The notes below the pieces were generated by a model that saw only the letters and a list, made by a program, of their open reading frames with translations, did no database searches and was not told the DNA's origin. The position numbers and the translations under genes are program-made. A stretch of DNA of 64,000 nucleotides from Cyanophora paradoxa CCMP329 (Eukaryota > Plantae > Glaucophyta): contig QPMI01000651.1 in NCBI GenBank assembly GCA_004431415.1, forward strand, positions 1 to 64,000, in the 5' to 3' direction. Positions 63,101 to 64,000 of this stretch are shown here, piece after piece. The number at the start of each line of letters is the position of its first letter. The first letter of the stretch is position 1.

Positions 63101-64000
63101 GATCGAGCTGAACACCTTCAAGTCGAACGTGCCCGCTCTCGGCTCGGCGATCGGCAACGGCAACATCGCGCCGCCCGACCACGAGACCTCGAAGAGCAAC
63201 AACAGCCAGGTCCGCGTCCGCCGGCGCCCGCCCCTCTCGGACGCGCCCGTGTTCGAGCCCGGGCCCGGCGCCGCGCAGCTGGCGTTCATCCTCCCGCTCG
63301 CGTTCGGCATCGGCGGCGTGGCGCTGCTCCTCACCGGCCTCGCCGTCGCCAAGGCCAAGGGCGTCCTCCCGAGCTGGGGGCCCAAGTCCTCCTCGCCCTA
63401 CACCCCGTACTCCGGCCCCGAGCCCGGCGCCGGTGCCGGCGCTGGTGGCAACCCGTTCAACCCGCCGCGCAACGTGGGCGCGTTCCCGTCGCCGGACCAG
63501 CCGGGCGGCACCACCGTCACGTGGAGCAAACCAGAGACCGCCAGCTCGAACCCTCCCTCGCAGTACGAGGCGAGCGGCGCTTTTCACCCAAGCGCCGATC
63601 AAAGCTCTGCTGACACGCGCCGCAGATCTGGTCGTCCGACCCCAGCGGCCGCCCCGGCAGGAAGCTCGGCTCCGTCCCCGCGGACAGGCTCAGCTACACC
63701 CTCCCGGCGGCCCTCGCCGGCGTGCCCATCATCGTCCGCGCGGTCGACCCCGGCGGCCGCTTCGCTGACGCGCCGCCCGTCTCGCCCGACCCCGCCGGGG
63801 CGCCGGCCGCCCTGCTGCCGGGCCGTTCGACCCGCGCAACGTCCGCTCCATGCCCGCCAGCGAGCCCGCCCCGGCGAGCCCGCCCCGGCCCCGTCCTCAC
63901 GTGGAGCCCGCCCGAGGCCGCCAGCTCCGGCGCCGAGCCCGTCGCCCAGTACCAGGTCGGTGCCGCATGCGCGCAGCGGAGGCGCCCGGGGCCGAACTCG
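57200..64000 (+). CDS. Host multi-exon gene for a REJ/GPS-domain, membrane-anchored polycystin-like protein (boundaries approximate)
   Basis: Many short GT-AG introns. Exons read PPKPGKCSVTPANG|DTFTVVAEGWTVSDNDTLPLSY (REJ-like, ~60370-60560), FWN..W..C and CTHLTTF (GPS, ~62740-63090), and TM LAFILPLAFGIGGVALLLTGLAVA (~63280-63350), followed by a Pro-rich tail. Confidence 0.65.

Noticed and set aside
57007-63900. Numerous overlapping ORFs in the GC-rich region
   Set aside because: High GC suppresses stop codons; a single spliced + strand gene explains the coding signal.

Overview
The window holds two related, AT-rich endogenous Polinton-like viruses (PLVs) inserted in a GC-rich, intron-dense eukaryotic genome whose host I cannot identify. 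Element 1 runs from before position 1 to 26714. Element 2 spans 28172-56806 (about 28.6 kb) and has imperfect terminal inverted repeats. Each element encodes a double-jelly-roll major capsid protein, two penton-like proteins, an A32-type packaging ATPase, a protein-primed PolB, an rve integrase, a primase-D5/SF3 helicase, a giant phage-like fibre, a patatin-discoidin lipase and a small pyruvoyl-type S-adenosylmethionine decarboxylase homologue. No capsid maturation protease was seen. Many genes are broken by single-base losses, mostly in homopolymer runs, which look like long-read errors. The most unusual signals are: (i) strand-specific terminal hairpins with 28-bp stems, a C(GAA)G triloop and G-A mismatches, conserved in shape but not sequence; (ii) inverted iteron-like arrays just downstream of each primase-helicase, whose repeat sequence changes when the primase domain is swapped; (iii) PolBs with an eroded proofreading domain; (iv) the Mimiviridae early-promoter motif AAAATTGA ahead of non-structural genes; and (v) a polyamine-pathway enzyme in both elements. 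Host DNA lies at 26715-28171 and 56807-64000; the latter encodes a spliced REJ/GPS/transmembrane (polycystin-like) protein. All family calls come from motif recognition by eye, not database searches.
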